In this document: in pieces, positions 1-12,263 of the stretch
Layout: each line of letters starts with the position of its first letter
How positions within the stretch are numbered: the stretch's first letter is position 1
NCBI RefSeq assembly: GCF_004010195.1
Contig: NC_057753.1
Span: 13,257,979 to 13,321,978 of the forward strand
Origin: Chiloscyllium plagiosum
Lineage: Eukaryota
DNA length: 64,000 nucleotides
Direction of reading: 5' to 3'
Position numbers and translations under genes: made by a program
Notes under the pieces: generated by a model
What the model was told of the DNA's origin: nothing
The model's input: the letters and a program-made list of their open reading frames with translations, nothing else
Databases searched by the model: none

Positions 1-322
1 GCAAAGTCTTTTCCCTGGGGTCGGGGAGTCCAGAACTAGAGGGCATAGGCTTAGGGTAAGAGGGGAAAGATATAAAAGAGACCTATGGGGCAACTCTTTC
101 ATGCAGAGGGTGGTACGTGTATGGAATGCGTTGCCTGAGGATGTGGTGGTGGCTGGTACAATTGCAATATTTAAGAGGCTTTTGGATGGGTATATGAATA
201 GGAAGGGTTTGGAGGGATATGAGCCTGGTGCTGGCAGGTGGGACTAGATTGGGTTGGGATATCTGGTCGGCATGGACGGGTTGGACCGAAGGGTCTGTTT
301 CCATGCTGTACATCTCTGACTC
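1..322 (+). mobile_element. CR1/HER1-type LINE, 3' end
   Basis: Typical CR1 terminal sequence (…RTRGH.. coding end followed by gggtctgtttccatgctgtacatctctgactc tail); similar to the 3' ends at 23350-23570 and 18500-19160. Confidence 0.8.
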
Positions 323-2165
323 AGGTCGGGAAACCAGAATTGCGCACAATATTCCAAAAGTGGCCTAACCAATGTCTTGTACAGACGCAAAATGACCTCC
401 CAACTCCTAAACTCAATGCTCTGACCAATAAAGGAAAGCATACCAAACACCACCTTCACAATCCTATCTACCTGACACTCCATCTTTCAAGGAACTATGA
501 ATCTGTACTCCAAGATCTCTCTGTTCAGAAACACTCCCCACAACCTTAACTTTAAGTGTATAAATCCTGCCTTGATTTGTGTTTCTAAATGCAGCATCTC
601 GCATTTTATCTAAATTAAACTCCATCTGCCACTCATTGGCCCATTGAATCACAATCCCATTGAACTCTGTGGTAGCCTCCTTCGCTGTCTATTACACCTC
701 CAATTTTGGTGTCACCTGCAAACGTACTAACTATACCTCCTTTGGTCACATCCAAATCATTTATATAAATGATGAAAAGCAGTAGACATAACACCGATCC
801 CTTGTGGCACACCACTAGTCACAGGCCTCCAGTCTGAAAGGCAACCCTCCACCACTACCCCTGCTCTTCGATCTTTGAGCAAATTCTGAATCCAGTTCTT
901 CCTGTATTTCATGCGATCTAACCTTGCTAACCAATCTACCATGACACACCTTGCCAAATGCCTTACTGGAGTCCACCACTCTGCCCACATTAATCCTCTT
1001 CGTTACTTCAAAACTCAGTCAAGTTAGTGTGGCATGATTTCCCATGCACAAAGCCATGTTGACTCTTCCTAATCAGTCCTTGCCTTTCCAAATACATGTA
1101 AATCCTGTCCCTTAGGATTCCTTCCAACAGCTTGCCCACCACCGATATCAGGCTCACCAGTCTATAATTCCCTGGCTTTTCCTTACTCCCTTTCTTAAAT
1201 AATGGCATCACATTAGCCAACCTGCGGTCTTCCGGTACCTTGCCTGTGCCTATCGATGATCCAAATATCTCAGTGGGGGGTGGGGTCTATACTACAATCC
1301 CAATAAGGTGATAATCCCTTTTTTTACTTCTCAGTTCCATGTTCCAGGAATATCTGGAAGTACAGACATAATGTTATCCCTTATCAAAAATGCCACTCCC
1401 TTTCTCTTCTGCACCCCTTTCTATCCTTCCTTATAGTGTTTGTATCCTGGAATATTAAGCTGCTAGTCCTGTCCATTCCTGAGCCACGTTTCTGTAATTG
1501 CTTTGACACCACACCATTCTGATTTCTCGCTGTCAGCCTCAGAAATACGTCTGTGCCTCTGATTACAGAATCCCCTATCACAATTGATCGCTTGGAACCT
1601 GGCGTACTCGTTACATTACAACCAGTCTCGGTACCAGAAACTTGGTTGTTCATGCTACATTCCCCTGAGAGTAAATCACCCCCTACGTTTTCCAAATCAG
1701 CTTACTTGTTTCAGAAGGGGATAGCCACAGGAAGCTCCTGCACTACCTGCTTCTGTCTACCTTTTCTGGCAGCAACCCATCTGCCTGACTGTATCTGCGG
1801 TTTTTCTCCACTTCTATAACTGCAATCCAAAACGGCCCCTCGCTCGTGTAAATTACTCATTGCTTCTAACTGCCACTCCAACTGATCCATGCAATCTGAT
1901 TGCATTCGCAAACAAACACACTTACTGCAAGCCATCAGTAACATGGAAATTCTCCCTAATCTCCCAAATCCGACAGGAAGAGCACATCACTCTACTAAAT
2001 GCCGTCTTTACACTTCAACAATCTACAGAAAATAGCACTGTCTTACTGCTCTTAAAAAAAAACTGCTCCAGGCTAACTTAGTACCTATGTTTTATATTGT
2101 TAAATTTTAATCAAGAGACAGATCTCAATAAAACACACAACCAAAAAGAACCCACTCTGCTCACG
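323..2165 (-). mobile_element. Degenerate, internally deleted CR1 LINE (ORF1 esterase plus RT fragments)
   Basis: Minus-strand peptides: LYKTLVRPLLEYCAQFW, FAGDTKIGG, VTSGVPQG, PGNYRLVSLISVVGKLLE (RT) and SIVIGDSVIRGTD (SGNH-type ORF1). Confidence 0.85.
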
Positions 2166-2229
2166 ACTTTTTTTTAAAAAAAAAGGACAGCAACATTACA
2201 TTCAAAAACCATGTAAATTGGTGCTTTGT

Positions 2230-2700
2230 GACAAGGATGGATACGATGGGATTTCTGTGACTGCAAACATGAATCCAGGATGCCATGTGACCTCCCTGGC
2301 ACCCGAATCAGGATTTTCTGGAGCTGCAGGGTGAACAGCCTGAGATTGTTGAACACATGAGAACAAACATTTGTTTTTTGAGGGCCTGAAAGCTGAACAT
2401 AGAAAGATAGGAGATGCATTAAAACACAGGAACTGTAATGTAATAATATCAGCTGTACTCCCAGTGCCACATGCTCGTGACAGCATGAATAAGAGGATAG
2501 ATCAGATAAATGTGAGGCTTCATAAAGAGTTTAGGTTCTTGGGGCATTGGAACCATTTCTGTGGGAGGTGGGACCTGCAGAAGTCTGACTCGTTGTCCCT
2601 GGCGAGAGCTGGGACAAATCTCCCCTTGGAGGCCTTTGCTAGTTCCGTTGGTGATGTTTAAAAGTAGATTGGCAGGCAAATGTGAACAAGAGCGTAGACT
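2230..2700 (+). mobile_element. CR1 ORF1 (SGNH esterase) fragment
   Basis: VIISAVLPVPHAR…FLGHWNHFCGRWDL resembles the ORF1 at 39138-39743. Confidence 0.7.
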
Positions 2701-3742
2701 GAGATGGGTCAGGTTCAGATCAGGAAGAGGGATAGAGAATGTTAGTGATGCTGTCAGCAGCTCAGAAAGACAAAAGAAAGGAGGATTAAACGAGAATAGA
2801 GTTTCTTCATATGTCAGGACTGCGATTTCGGAAAATCAGTCTGGTGAATCTTCTTTACTCTCTCTCTCAATGGCCAGGTCATCATTCCTTGGGAAAGGAA
2901 ACAAAGGTGCACACAATACTCCAGATGTGGGCTTACCAAGGCCCTTGCAGAAAGTCATCTGTGCTGCTGTACTTGCATCCTCATTATGACAGTTAACATA
3001 TCACTTGCATTCTTCTCTCTCTGCATGCTTTCAAAAAGGGGGTCAGGAACCAAAATGGCTTCAGTCTCAGACACCAAATTATTGAACACAATATCCCCAT
3101 TGTATGCATGCTGGTCATCAATCACCTACTAAATCTTTTCCCATTTTCTGGCACTTAACACTATATTGTGGTGCCTTTTGTTTGATCATCTAAACATTTC
3201 AAGGTTACAAAGGTTCCTGCATCTGCTACCATTTCAGATGCTGCCTGATCTGCTAAATGCCTCCAGCATTTTCTGATTTTATTTCAGATTTCCACTATTT
3301 TGCTTAAGTTAGTATCACGTAGAGTTATACAGCACGCAAAAAGACCCTTAGCTCCAAGTCACCCATGCTGACTAGATAGCCTAAACGGATCTAGTCCCAT
3401 TTGCCAGCATTCGGCTCTTATCTCTCTGAACCCTTCCTATTAATGTCTCCATCCAAATGCCTTTTAAAATGTTCTAATTGAGCCTGCACAAGCCTGACCA
3501 ATTGCCCCTGGGCAGAGCTTAGAGAAATCTCTTGGCGGAGTTGCGAGTTCCATTGGTTCCCATCCCCCATCAGACCAATTTGAAATCTCACCAGTGTGTC
3601 GACTGAGATGGGTCAAATTAAGTTCAGGAAGTGGGTGATAGAATATTAGTTAGTGATGCAGTCAGCGGCTCAAAGAGAAAACAAAGGATTAAACGAGGCT
3701 GGGGGCTCTGCTCAAACGTCAGTCCTGACATCCTAGGAATTA

Positions 3743-4091
3743 TGGGCGGCACGGTGGCACAGTGGTTAGCACTGCTGCCTCACAGCGCCTGAGACCCGGG
3801 TTCAATTCCCGCCTCAGGCGACTGACTGTGTGGAGTTTGCACGTTGTTGAACACATGAGAACAAACAACATTTGTTTTTTTGAGGGCCTGAAAGCTGAAC
3901 ATAGAAAGATAGGAGATGCATTAAATCTCACCAGTGTGTCGACTTAGATGGGTCAAATTAAGTTCAGGAAGTGGGTGATAGAATATTAGTTAGTGATGCA
4001 GTCAGCGGCTCAAAGAGAAAACAAAGGATGTGGACTTGTTGGGCCGAAGGGCCTGTTTCCACACTGTAATGTAATGTAATCTAATCTAATC
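3743..4091 (+). mobile_element. Chimeric HE1-like tRNA-SINE whose core is replaced by local sequence
   Basis: tRNA-like head with A/B boxes (tggcacagtggt…ggttcaattcc) at 3743-3845, and tail gtggacttgttgggccgaagggcctgtttccacactgtaatgtaatctaatc at about 4030-4091. Confidence 0.85.
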
Positions 4092-4679
4092 AGTCTGGTG
4101 AATCTTCTTTAGACCAGGGCATCCTTCCTTGGGAAAGGAGAACAAAGGTGAATACATTACACCAGGTGTGGACTTAGCAAAGCCCAAACAGAACGATATC
4201 CCTGCTCCTCTACTCAAATCTTCTCACTGTGAAGGCCAGTGTGTCATTCACATCCTTCACTGTGTGCCACTGCTTCCTGCTTCCTAAAAGAGAGAGTCAC
4301 AGTGAAACACAGAACAAAATGGGTTCAGAGGCTCTGATGTAAATTTCTAAAGCAGCATACTTGTCCCCATCGTATCCATATTGTCATCCAGCCCCTGTTA
4401 ACTCTAATCCCATTTTCCGGTACTCAGCATGTATAGTGCCTTGTATGATCATCTAAACACTTTAAGGTTGTAATGGTTCCTGCATCTGTTACCATTTCAG
4501 ATCCTGCCAGACCTGCTGAATGTCTCCAGCATTTTCTGATTTTATTTTGGATTTCCAATATTTTGCTTGGAGTACTTAATATCATGTAGTAATACAGCAA
4601 GGAAACAAACCCTTTGTTCCAACTTGTCCATTGCAATCAGATAACCTAAACTGATCGAATCACATTTGGCCCATATCCA

Positions 4680-5042
4680 ACCAAAACCTTCCTATTCATG
4701 TACCATTCAGATAACATTTTACTGGTGTAACTGCACCTGTCTCCACTACCTCCTCATTTCATACATGCACCACCCTCTCTGAAAAGATTGTCCCTCAGGT
4801 CCCTTTTTAAATCTTTCCCCTCTCTCCTTAAACCTACGTGCTCTAGTTTTGAACTCCCTTACCTTGATTTAAAAAGTCCTCAGCTCTTCACCTTATCCAT
4901 GATCCACATAAGATCATTCCTAAGACTCTGACACTTCAGAGGCAAAAAAGGCCCAGTCTATTGAGCTTCTGTAACACATCTCTCCAATTCCAGCAACAAC
5001 TTTGTAAATCTTTTCTGAATGCTTTCAAGTTTAACAGCACCT
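4680..5042 (-). mobile_element. CR1 3' fragment, interrupted by a PLE and resuming at about 6180-6365
   Basis: VKLESIQKRFTKLL on the minus strand; the RT continues at 6180-6365 (LQVDRVVKVAF). Confidence 0.7.
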
Positions 5043-5069
5043 TTGTGCTTTTTGAGAAGATTTATAGCT

Positions 5070-6180
5070 CTGGTTGAGATGCAGGTTGTAAGTTTGCTCG
5101 GTGAGCTTGTTTTCTGACATCTCGTCACCATGGTAGGTAACATAATCAGTGAGCCTTTGTTGAAGCGCTGGTGTTCTGTCCCGCTTTCTATTTGTGTGTC
5201 TTGGTCTCTTAAGGTGGGCGATTGCCATTTCCAGTTCTTTTTCTCAGAGGTTGGTAAATGGGGTCTAACTCGACATGTTTATTGATGGAGTTCTGGTTTG
5301 AATGCCAGGCCTCTAGGAATTCCCGTGCGTGTCTCTGTTTAGCCTGTCCTAGCTGGATATGTTGTCCCAGTTGAAGTGGTGTCCGTAAACGGAGCTGCAT
5401 CAAGACATTATTTAAATGGGCCACAACACACTGCAGCACCCCAGAACTATGAGCAGCGGAAGTAAAATACCCATGCAGCGTATTCAAGAAGGAGTACCCG
5501 ATAAACGGTCCGCTGATTCTTAAACAACAAACCCAAACAAGTAGACACAATATGTGCAGAAACCCTCGCCACACTACCATATATTAAAAACATTTCGGAG
5601 TTGACTACCAGATCACTCTGACCCCTTAGCATCATGGTAGCCCACAAATCTACCAACACACAAACAGCTACTGACGAACACAAAGGACCCTATACCAACA
5701 ACCAGCAAAATGAATGTCATTTACAAAGTACCTTGCAAGGACTGTAACAAACACTACATCGGACAGACAGGCAGAAAACTAGCCACCAGGATACACAAAC
5801 ACCAACGAGCCACCAAAAGACATGACCAACTATCACTAGTATCCTTACATACAGATGAAGATGACCACTATGACTGCGACAAATTATTCATCTGAGGACA
5901 GGCTAAACAGAGACACACACACACACACACACAATATCCTAGAAGACGGCATTCAAACTGGAACCTCATCAATAAACACACTGATTTGGACCCATTTACC
6001 AACCTCCTGAGGAAAAAAAGAACCGGAAATGATATCACCCACCATTAAGAGACCAAGTGACACGAATAGAATGGGGGACAGAACACCAGCGCTTCACCGG
6101 AGGCTCACTGATGTTATCTCGTGTGGTGATGAAACGTCTGAAGACAAACCTGTCAGCTCAGCAAGTAAACTTCCAACCTT
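5070..6180 (+). mobile_element. Penelope-like element: GIY-YIG 3' fragment with an inverted copy of its 3' end
   Basis: ORF 5710-5895 NVIYKVPCKDCNKHYIGQTGRKLATRIHKH is a GIY-YIG endonuclease signature. About 5070-5385 is an inverted copy of about 5870-6180. Confidence 0.85.
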
Positions 6181-6819
6181 TAATGACTTCTTTCCTATAG
6201 CAGGGAGAGCAGAACTGAATACAGTCTTCCAAAATAGGCCAAACCCATGTCTAATACAGCCACAACTGCTGTACTCCATGACTGACCAATAAAGGTCATT
6301 TCAAATGCCACCTTCACCACCCTGTCTACCTGCAACCCCACTTGCAAGAAACCTGTGCACTTGTTCTTAGCCCTTTGGAGGCATTGAAGGATATTGAGAA
6401 ATAACAGGATTGAGTTGGAGATGAATAAAATGTGTCTGCTTTGTACCTGCCTCTTCCACCTCGATCTCTTTGTAGTTTTGTGCAAACACTAACTGGTTCT
6501 CTTCCCTTAAGGATATGTATGGGCCAGTTCAGTTTTTATAATCCAGCAGCTTTCTTCACTGTCATTTCCACAACTGACCAGATCAATTGCTCTCTGTTTC
6601 ACAACCTGGGTGTTCTTCTGATTTCCCCTAATGCCTTTGTTTTATGTTTGAAAGGTTGACTCGCATTTCGAGACTTCAAATGAAAACACGTCCAGATCTA
6701 ACAGTCACTCCACTTCTCATAACCTAATTAGCACAGAATTTTCAGCATTAGAGGAAGAAGCAACATTCACGCAGGGGAGAAACAGTGCGTGTGGATGATT
6801 CAGTGAACAGTCATTTGAA

Positions 6820-8058
6820 ATGGCCAAACGCCAGCGCAGTCACACTGGGGAGAGACTGTGGAAATGTGGGGATTGTGGGAAGGGATTCCTTTGTCCATCC
6901 AAGCTTGAACTTCACCAACGCAGTCACACTGGGGAGAAGCCATTCACTTGCTCCGACTGTGGGAAGGGCTTCAGTCGGTCGTCACGCCTGCGGATCCACC
7001 AGCGGGTTCACACTGGAGAGAGACCTTTCATCTGCTCGATGTGCGGGAAACCATTCGCTGAGTCATCCAGCCTTCAGAAACACCAGCGAATTCACACTGG
7101 AGAGAGACCGTTCACCTGCTCGGATTGTGGGAAGGGATTTGCCCTGTCATCCAACCTGCGAATCCACCAGAGACGTCACACAGGGGACAGGCCGTTCACT
7201 TGCTCCACGTGTGAGATGGGATTCAGTCAGTTATCCAGCCTGCAGATACACCAGCGAGTTCACACTGGTGAGAGACCATTCACTTGCTCCCAGTGTGGGA
7301 AAGGATTCAGCCAGTCGTGCAACCTGCTGACACACCAGCGAGGGCACAGTGGGGAGAGGCCATTCACCTGTTCTGAATGTGGAAAAGGATTCATTCGCTC
7401 ATCTGAACTACTGAAACACCAGCGAATTCATACCGGAGAGAAACCATTCATATGCTCCGATTGTGGGAAGGGATTTACCCAGTCGTCTAACCTGCAGAGA
7501 CACCAGCGTGTTCACACTGGGGAGAGACCATTCACCTGCTTGGTGTGCGCGAAACCATTCGCTGACTCATCCACCCTTCTGAAGCACCAGCGAATTCACA
7601 CTGGAGAGAGACCGTTCACCTGCTCCGATTGTGGGAAGGGATTTACGCTGTCGTCCAACCTGCGGATCCACCAGCGAGTTCACACTGGGGAGAGACCGTT
7701 CACTTGCTCCATGTGTGGGATGGGATTCAGTCAGTTATCCAGCCTGAAGATACACCAGCGAGTTCACACTGGTGAGAGACCATTCACTTGCTCCCAGTGT
7801 GGGAAAGGATTCAGTCAGTCATGCAACCTGCTGACACACCAGCGAGGGCACAGTGGGGAGAGGCCATTCACCTGTTCTGAATGTGGAAAAGGATTCATTC
7901 GCTCATCTGAACTACTGGAACACCAGCGCATTCATACCGGAGAGAAACCATTCACGTGCTCAGATTGTGGGAAGGGATTTACCCAGTCGTCCCACCTGCG
8001 GAGACACCAGCGTGTTCACACGCGGGAGAAAGTGTCACTTGGTCAAGCTACCTGCTGA
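6820..8058 (+). CDS. C2H2 zinc-finger protein, 14 tandem fingers
   Basis: Intact ORF with 14 CX2CX12HX3H fingers and TGERPF linkers; no KRAB/SCAN/BTB domain visible in the ORF. Confidence 0.9.
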   Translation: MAKRQRSHTGERLWKCGDCGKGFLCPSKLELHQRSHTGEKPFTCSDCGKGFSRSSRLRIHQRVHTGERPFICSMCGKPFAESSSLQKHQRIHTGERPFTCSDCGKGFALSSNLRIHQRRHTGDRPFTCSTCEMGFSQLSSLQIHQRVHTGERPFTCSQCGKGFSQSCNLLTHQRGHSGERPFTCSECGKGFIRSSELLKHQRIHTGEKPFICSDCGKGFTQSSNLQRHQRVHTGERPFTCLVCAKPFADSSTLLKHQRIHTGERPFTCSDCGKGFTLSSNLRIHQRVHTGERPFTCSMCGMGFSQLSSLKIHQRVHTGERPFTCSQCGKGFSQSCNLLTHQRGHSGERPFTCSECGKGFIRSSELLEHQRIHTGEKPFTCSDCGKGFTQSSHLRRHQRVHTREKVSLGQATC

Positions 8059-8438
8059 TACACCAGCCTATTCAAATCAATGGAGAGACGGTTCACTTCT
8101 GTATGAGAAATGATTAAGCTGTTAACACACCAGCGAAATGACACTAGGTAGATCTGTTCACCTGCTGTATTTGTGTAAAACAGTTTGCTATTTGCTTACA
8201 CCATGCAAATTCACAATGAACCACAGGTGTAGGGTTTTGATTTTACTCACACACTAAAATGAACATTGGGCCATTTGTATTGATGCTATTAATGAAAAGG
8301 GGCTGATATTGTAGATACAATTGTGTATCTGTCATAATTCTAAGATAGGTTTTGAAAATAATGGCAATGTCGCTTTACATCAACACACATGACGACTGTC
8401 TACCTGCATATTGCTTGTAAATTGTTTTTGAGGTTCAT

Positions 8439-9590
8439 CGTACAGCTCTCCTCATATCTCCCTATTTAACTTCCCTGTTGCACGTTTACCTGAAAGTATC
8501 TGCTCCCTGCACATTCTGGCCAAATCACATCTGCTCTTATTAAAATCAACCAACCATGAGTTCTTTACTAACTGTCAGCATTGGATTTTGATGCTATTGT
8601 GGGATAACAAAAATCAGCCTTTTGCTAAAACTAAGTTACATCAAAGTCTTTGTCTAATTCTGAGTGCCTTAGATATAAGATAATCAGTGTCCTTCACACA
8701 AGCAGTTGGCAGAAGGCATGACCAGAGTGAAATATAAACTGAAATGCTAGCAATTTAGTTCCAAGTGCTGTTGTGGCGCATGCAACTTAACTTGGCAAGC
8801 AGATGGGATACAGAGATAATGTCCAAAAGGTTAATAAGAAAAGGAGAAGAATGAACAAGACGGTCAGAAAGGCATTGACATCAGGTACGAGGGAGTTTGA
8901 TGTAGCAGAATAGCATTTACTACAATTATAAATTAAGAACAGGGTATGATAACATTGCTGTCACTGAATCATGGTTGAGAGAGAGAGAGACAGACAGCAT
9001 TGGAAGCTGAATACTCCAGGATATAGGATCTTCATGCGAGAAAGAGAAGGAGGTGGCATTACAATGTTCAGGGAATTTATTACAGCAGTAAGGAGGGGTG
9101 ACATCTTAGAAACCTCCTTAAATTAACCTGTATGGGTAGAACAGTTAGAGCTGCTAAGGAGGCAAATTTCAGCCACATGTAAAAAAGAGTTAGGGTCATG
9201 AGAGTGGGGGATTTCAGCTTCCCCAACATTAACTGTGGTCATCATTGTGTGAAAGGTTTCGAGGAAGGTTTTGGATAGATTCAGGACCGCTTTTGAAACC
9301 AATATGTAGAAATGCCAACAAGGAAGGGGGACGTCCAAGACTTGGCTTTAGATAACAGAAGTGGACAACTGTATCAGTGGGGGATCATTTTGCAGACAGT
9401 TGTCAGAACCGTTAAAAAGATTCAGGATTGTTATGGAAAAAGGACAAAGGTTGGGCCTCAAATCAATGTTTGAAATTGGTTGATTTTAATAAGAGCAGAT
9501 GTGATTTGGCCAGAATGTGCAGGGAGCAGATACTTTCAGGTAAACGTGCAACAGGGAAGTTAAATAGGGAGATATGAGGAGAGCTGTACG
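8439..9590. repeat. Perfect 115-bp inverted repeat (8439-8553 / 9476-9590)
   Basis: The two arms are exact reverse complements when read base by base; the spacer is 922 bp. Confidence 0.95.
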
Positions 9591-9600
9591 GAGAACCTGA
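8930..9600 (+). mobile_element. Old CR1 endonuclease fragment
   Basis: Degenerate IAVTESWL, GDFSFPNIN and GDHFADS motifs of the CR1 APE domain. Confidence 0.65.
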
Positions 9601-9899
9601 ATTGATACAGCCAGGTAAAATAAAGGGAAATGCTCAATTGTCTTACAGTTACATTAATGGACAACAGATAATAGGCAAAAGAGTAAGGTCCATTAATTTC
9701 AATCTCAAAATTCTCCATAGTTCGCCCCTTCCCACTCGTGAATACTGACGCAAAGTATTCATTTACAATCAGGCCGACATTCTCCAGTTCGAAACGCTGA
9801 TTACTGCTGTTGCCCTAAAAGAAACTAGCATGGAGAGAGTGAGAAGGTTTTGAGTCATCTGGCAGGCTAAACTGTGGATAAACCCCCACAGTCAACAAG

Positions 9900-10520
9900 T
9901 TACAACCTGACTACATTTGCATGGTAGTATCAGCCAAGTTAAGCCACCTCATGATAACCCTTATTTGTGCCTCTTAATAACACGTCTGGAATGGGGAGAC
10001 CAGCAGGAGGAATATGTTTGTGAAATCCAGACATGGGGGCAGTAGAAAACAGCAAGTGTTCCCAATATTGGGGTGTAATCCAGGCTGTTGACTCCAGCCT
10101 CTTGACATTCCAAAATCTGACCAGAAAAGGTACTTTGTGCCCTTTGACTGGTGAACCTCATCATTGACATTGTCCCCTTTATCTATCACTCATTCGATGT
10201 CCTGGTGCAGGTGGCCAATGACACTGCAGAGGCCTTGGAATGAAATAAGCACTGAAATGGTAGCTGTCTGTAAAACAGTGCTGATTGGATACTGGCTGAA
10301 AACACAGCCACTTGTGCCATAATTGGGACTGAACGCTGTGCTTCTATCCCAGATAACTCTGAAGCCATCACCGATTTAGCAGCACTTGGACAAAAACAGG
10401 TGTATAAGCTATGTGGAGTTGGGCAACATTCTGGTCAGGATGCTTGGGAACCTCCCTGGTGCAGGGCATAATGTTATTCTTTGTCGAAATTCTCATTTTA
10501 TATTCTTTGCTTTTATTAGT
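9900..10520 (+). pseudogene. Endogenous retrovirus env (TM subunit) remnant
   Basis: Frameshifted translation of 10202-10385: LVQVANDTAEAL / EISTEMVAVCKTVL / DWILAENTATCAIIGTERCASIPDNSEAITDLA. This is a heptad repeat, a partial immunosuppressive domain and a degenerate CX6CC. Confidence 0.75.
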
Positions 10521-10693
10521 CAAATGATGTTGCCAACAGGCGGCCTCTACCGCAGCCCACCAAGTAAGTCTCCTGAAAGCTAAGCAACCCGTGAGGCAAT
10601 CATTCTTGTATTAATAGCTTATCTATGTACTTGCAAGCTTTGTGATTTGCTTAAGGAGGAATCAAAGGAGGTGGGGGGAGGGACGGGTGTGAT

Positions 10694-11316
10694 TGTTACA
10701 GCTGCCCATGACAGAGGCACAAAGTAGCTGATGGAATGCAGTAGAACAGTAACATTTACTGTCAAGGATTGCTCCATGAGCAAGGCCGTAGATTATAACA
10801 TTAACATTAGATTAATATAGTTTCACAAGTAGCACAATAGCAGCTTTGTAAAACATAGATAATCACGTGTAACATTTGACTAATCCCAAGTAGAACAAGA
10901 GAACATTTGATGCTGCTAGCACAAGTCAAGGTTGCAGAGTTTTTTAAAAATAATTTAATCTGTAATATACTGAGGGAAATTACTAAATTATTCAAAGAAG
11001 TTTCATTCACTAAAAGTACCCCCTCCCCTTATCATTGCATGTAGTGAGAAATTTAAACGTTCCTGGTCTAATTCATTGGCAATTGACATGTGCAGAAGGA
11101 TAAGAAAGTCTGTGCAAACGTCATGACTGAGGTTGGACAACATGCCTGTCCATCTCAGCCATTAGCATACCAGGAACCAGTTACAGATTGACAACTCCAC
11201 TCTGCTGACCATTGGTAATCCCAGGAAGCTGTTTATAAGTTAATGCTTTTTTTTGTGTGTGACTTTTTATTGTATGTTCCCTGTGACTTTGGTCTCTGAA
11301 AATATTTGATCCAACA
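10694..11316 (+). mobile_element. Putative ERV 3' LTR
   Basis: Follows env and a purine tract (aaaggaggtgggggagggacggg, about 10664-10687); starts TGTT and ends AACA. Confidence 0.55.
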
Positions 11317-11329
11317 CTAGGGCTATAGA

Positions 11330-11740
11330 TGTTTCATATTTGGCCTTTTAGAATGCATTTCAGATGGTGCCATGTGGCACATTGGTTAGAAATTTAGAAA
11401 TCTTTGGGTCCTTGGTAATATGGATAGGAAACAGAGGGGAGATAAACATGGGCACTGCTCTGCTTTGAGACAATTTGAAAGTGGCGTTCCTCAGGGATCG
11501 GTGTTGGTATCCTCGCTTTTTCTGAGTTATGTAAACAATTTGGAGATGGGTTTTGAGGGCGACATCTCAAAATTTACAAATGATAATAAACTGTGCAGAA
11601 TAGTGAACTGTGAGGATCATGTTAAGCGACTTCAGACAGATATTGACAAGTTGGCAAAATGGGCAGACACCTGGCAAGTGAATTCCAATGCAGAGAAATG
11701 CAAGATAATTCATTGTGCTAGAAGATGCAAAGAGGCACAA
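11330..11740 (+). mobile_element. CR1 RT fragment
   Basis: SGVPQGSVL…SKFTNDNKL…WADTWQVN. Confidence 0.8.
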
Positions 11741-12005
11741 TACAGGTCCTCATGTCCCCTTTTTGCCCTCCTGATTTCTTTCTCAAGTACACTCCTACTG
11801 CCTTTATACCCTAAGGATTCACTCGATCTCTGCTGTTGACACCTAACATATGCTTCCTTCTTTTTCTTGACCAAAACCTCAATTTCTCTAGTCATCCAGC
11901 GTTCCCCAGACCTACCAGCCTTGCCTTTCACCCTGACAGGAACATACTGTCTCTGGACTCTCACTATCTCATTTTTAAAGGCTTCCCATTTTCCAGCCAT
12001 CCCTT
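11741..12005 (-). mobile_element. CR1 ORF2 (EN-RT linker) fragment
   Basis: WEAFKNEIVRVQRQYVPVR…LEKEIRRAKRGHE resembles the ORF2 region at 40620-40880. Confidence 0.8.
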
Positions 12006-12263
12006 TAGTCTGTAAGAATAATCAATGTATCCCCCCCCATATCAATCAATCCTTACGTAAGATTAGAACATTAATTCATCAGATTGTCTCCTTACTTTTA
12101 GCAGAAATCTTCCCTGGAGTCCCCTACCACAATCCTCCACATTTCCACGGTTTCTCCAAGGTGTGGGTGTCCTTGTGTCATTGAAGCCTTCCTCTCGTAC
12201 AAAACAAACCTATTGCTTAATTACTCCTGGAAAAAGTACCATCTTTTCCAGATTGTTAAAATA

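Noticed and set aside
3743-3820. tRNA-like sequences here and at 14205, 18755, 25930, 36190, 46660, 52832 and 57630
   Set aside because: They continue into SINE bodies or lack a full cloverleaf, so they are SINE heads and not tRNA genes.
6785-7330. Alternative-frame ORFs over the ZNF arrays (also 17176-17619, 30137-30391 and 60933-61172)
   Set aside because: By-products of repetitive finger codons.
6850-8025. Regular 84-bp periodicity resembling a CRISPR array or satellite
   Set aside because: It is the 28-codon C2H2 finger repeat in an open frame; there are no cas genes and the context is eukaryotic.
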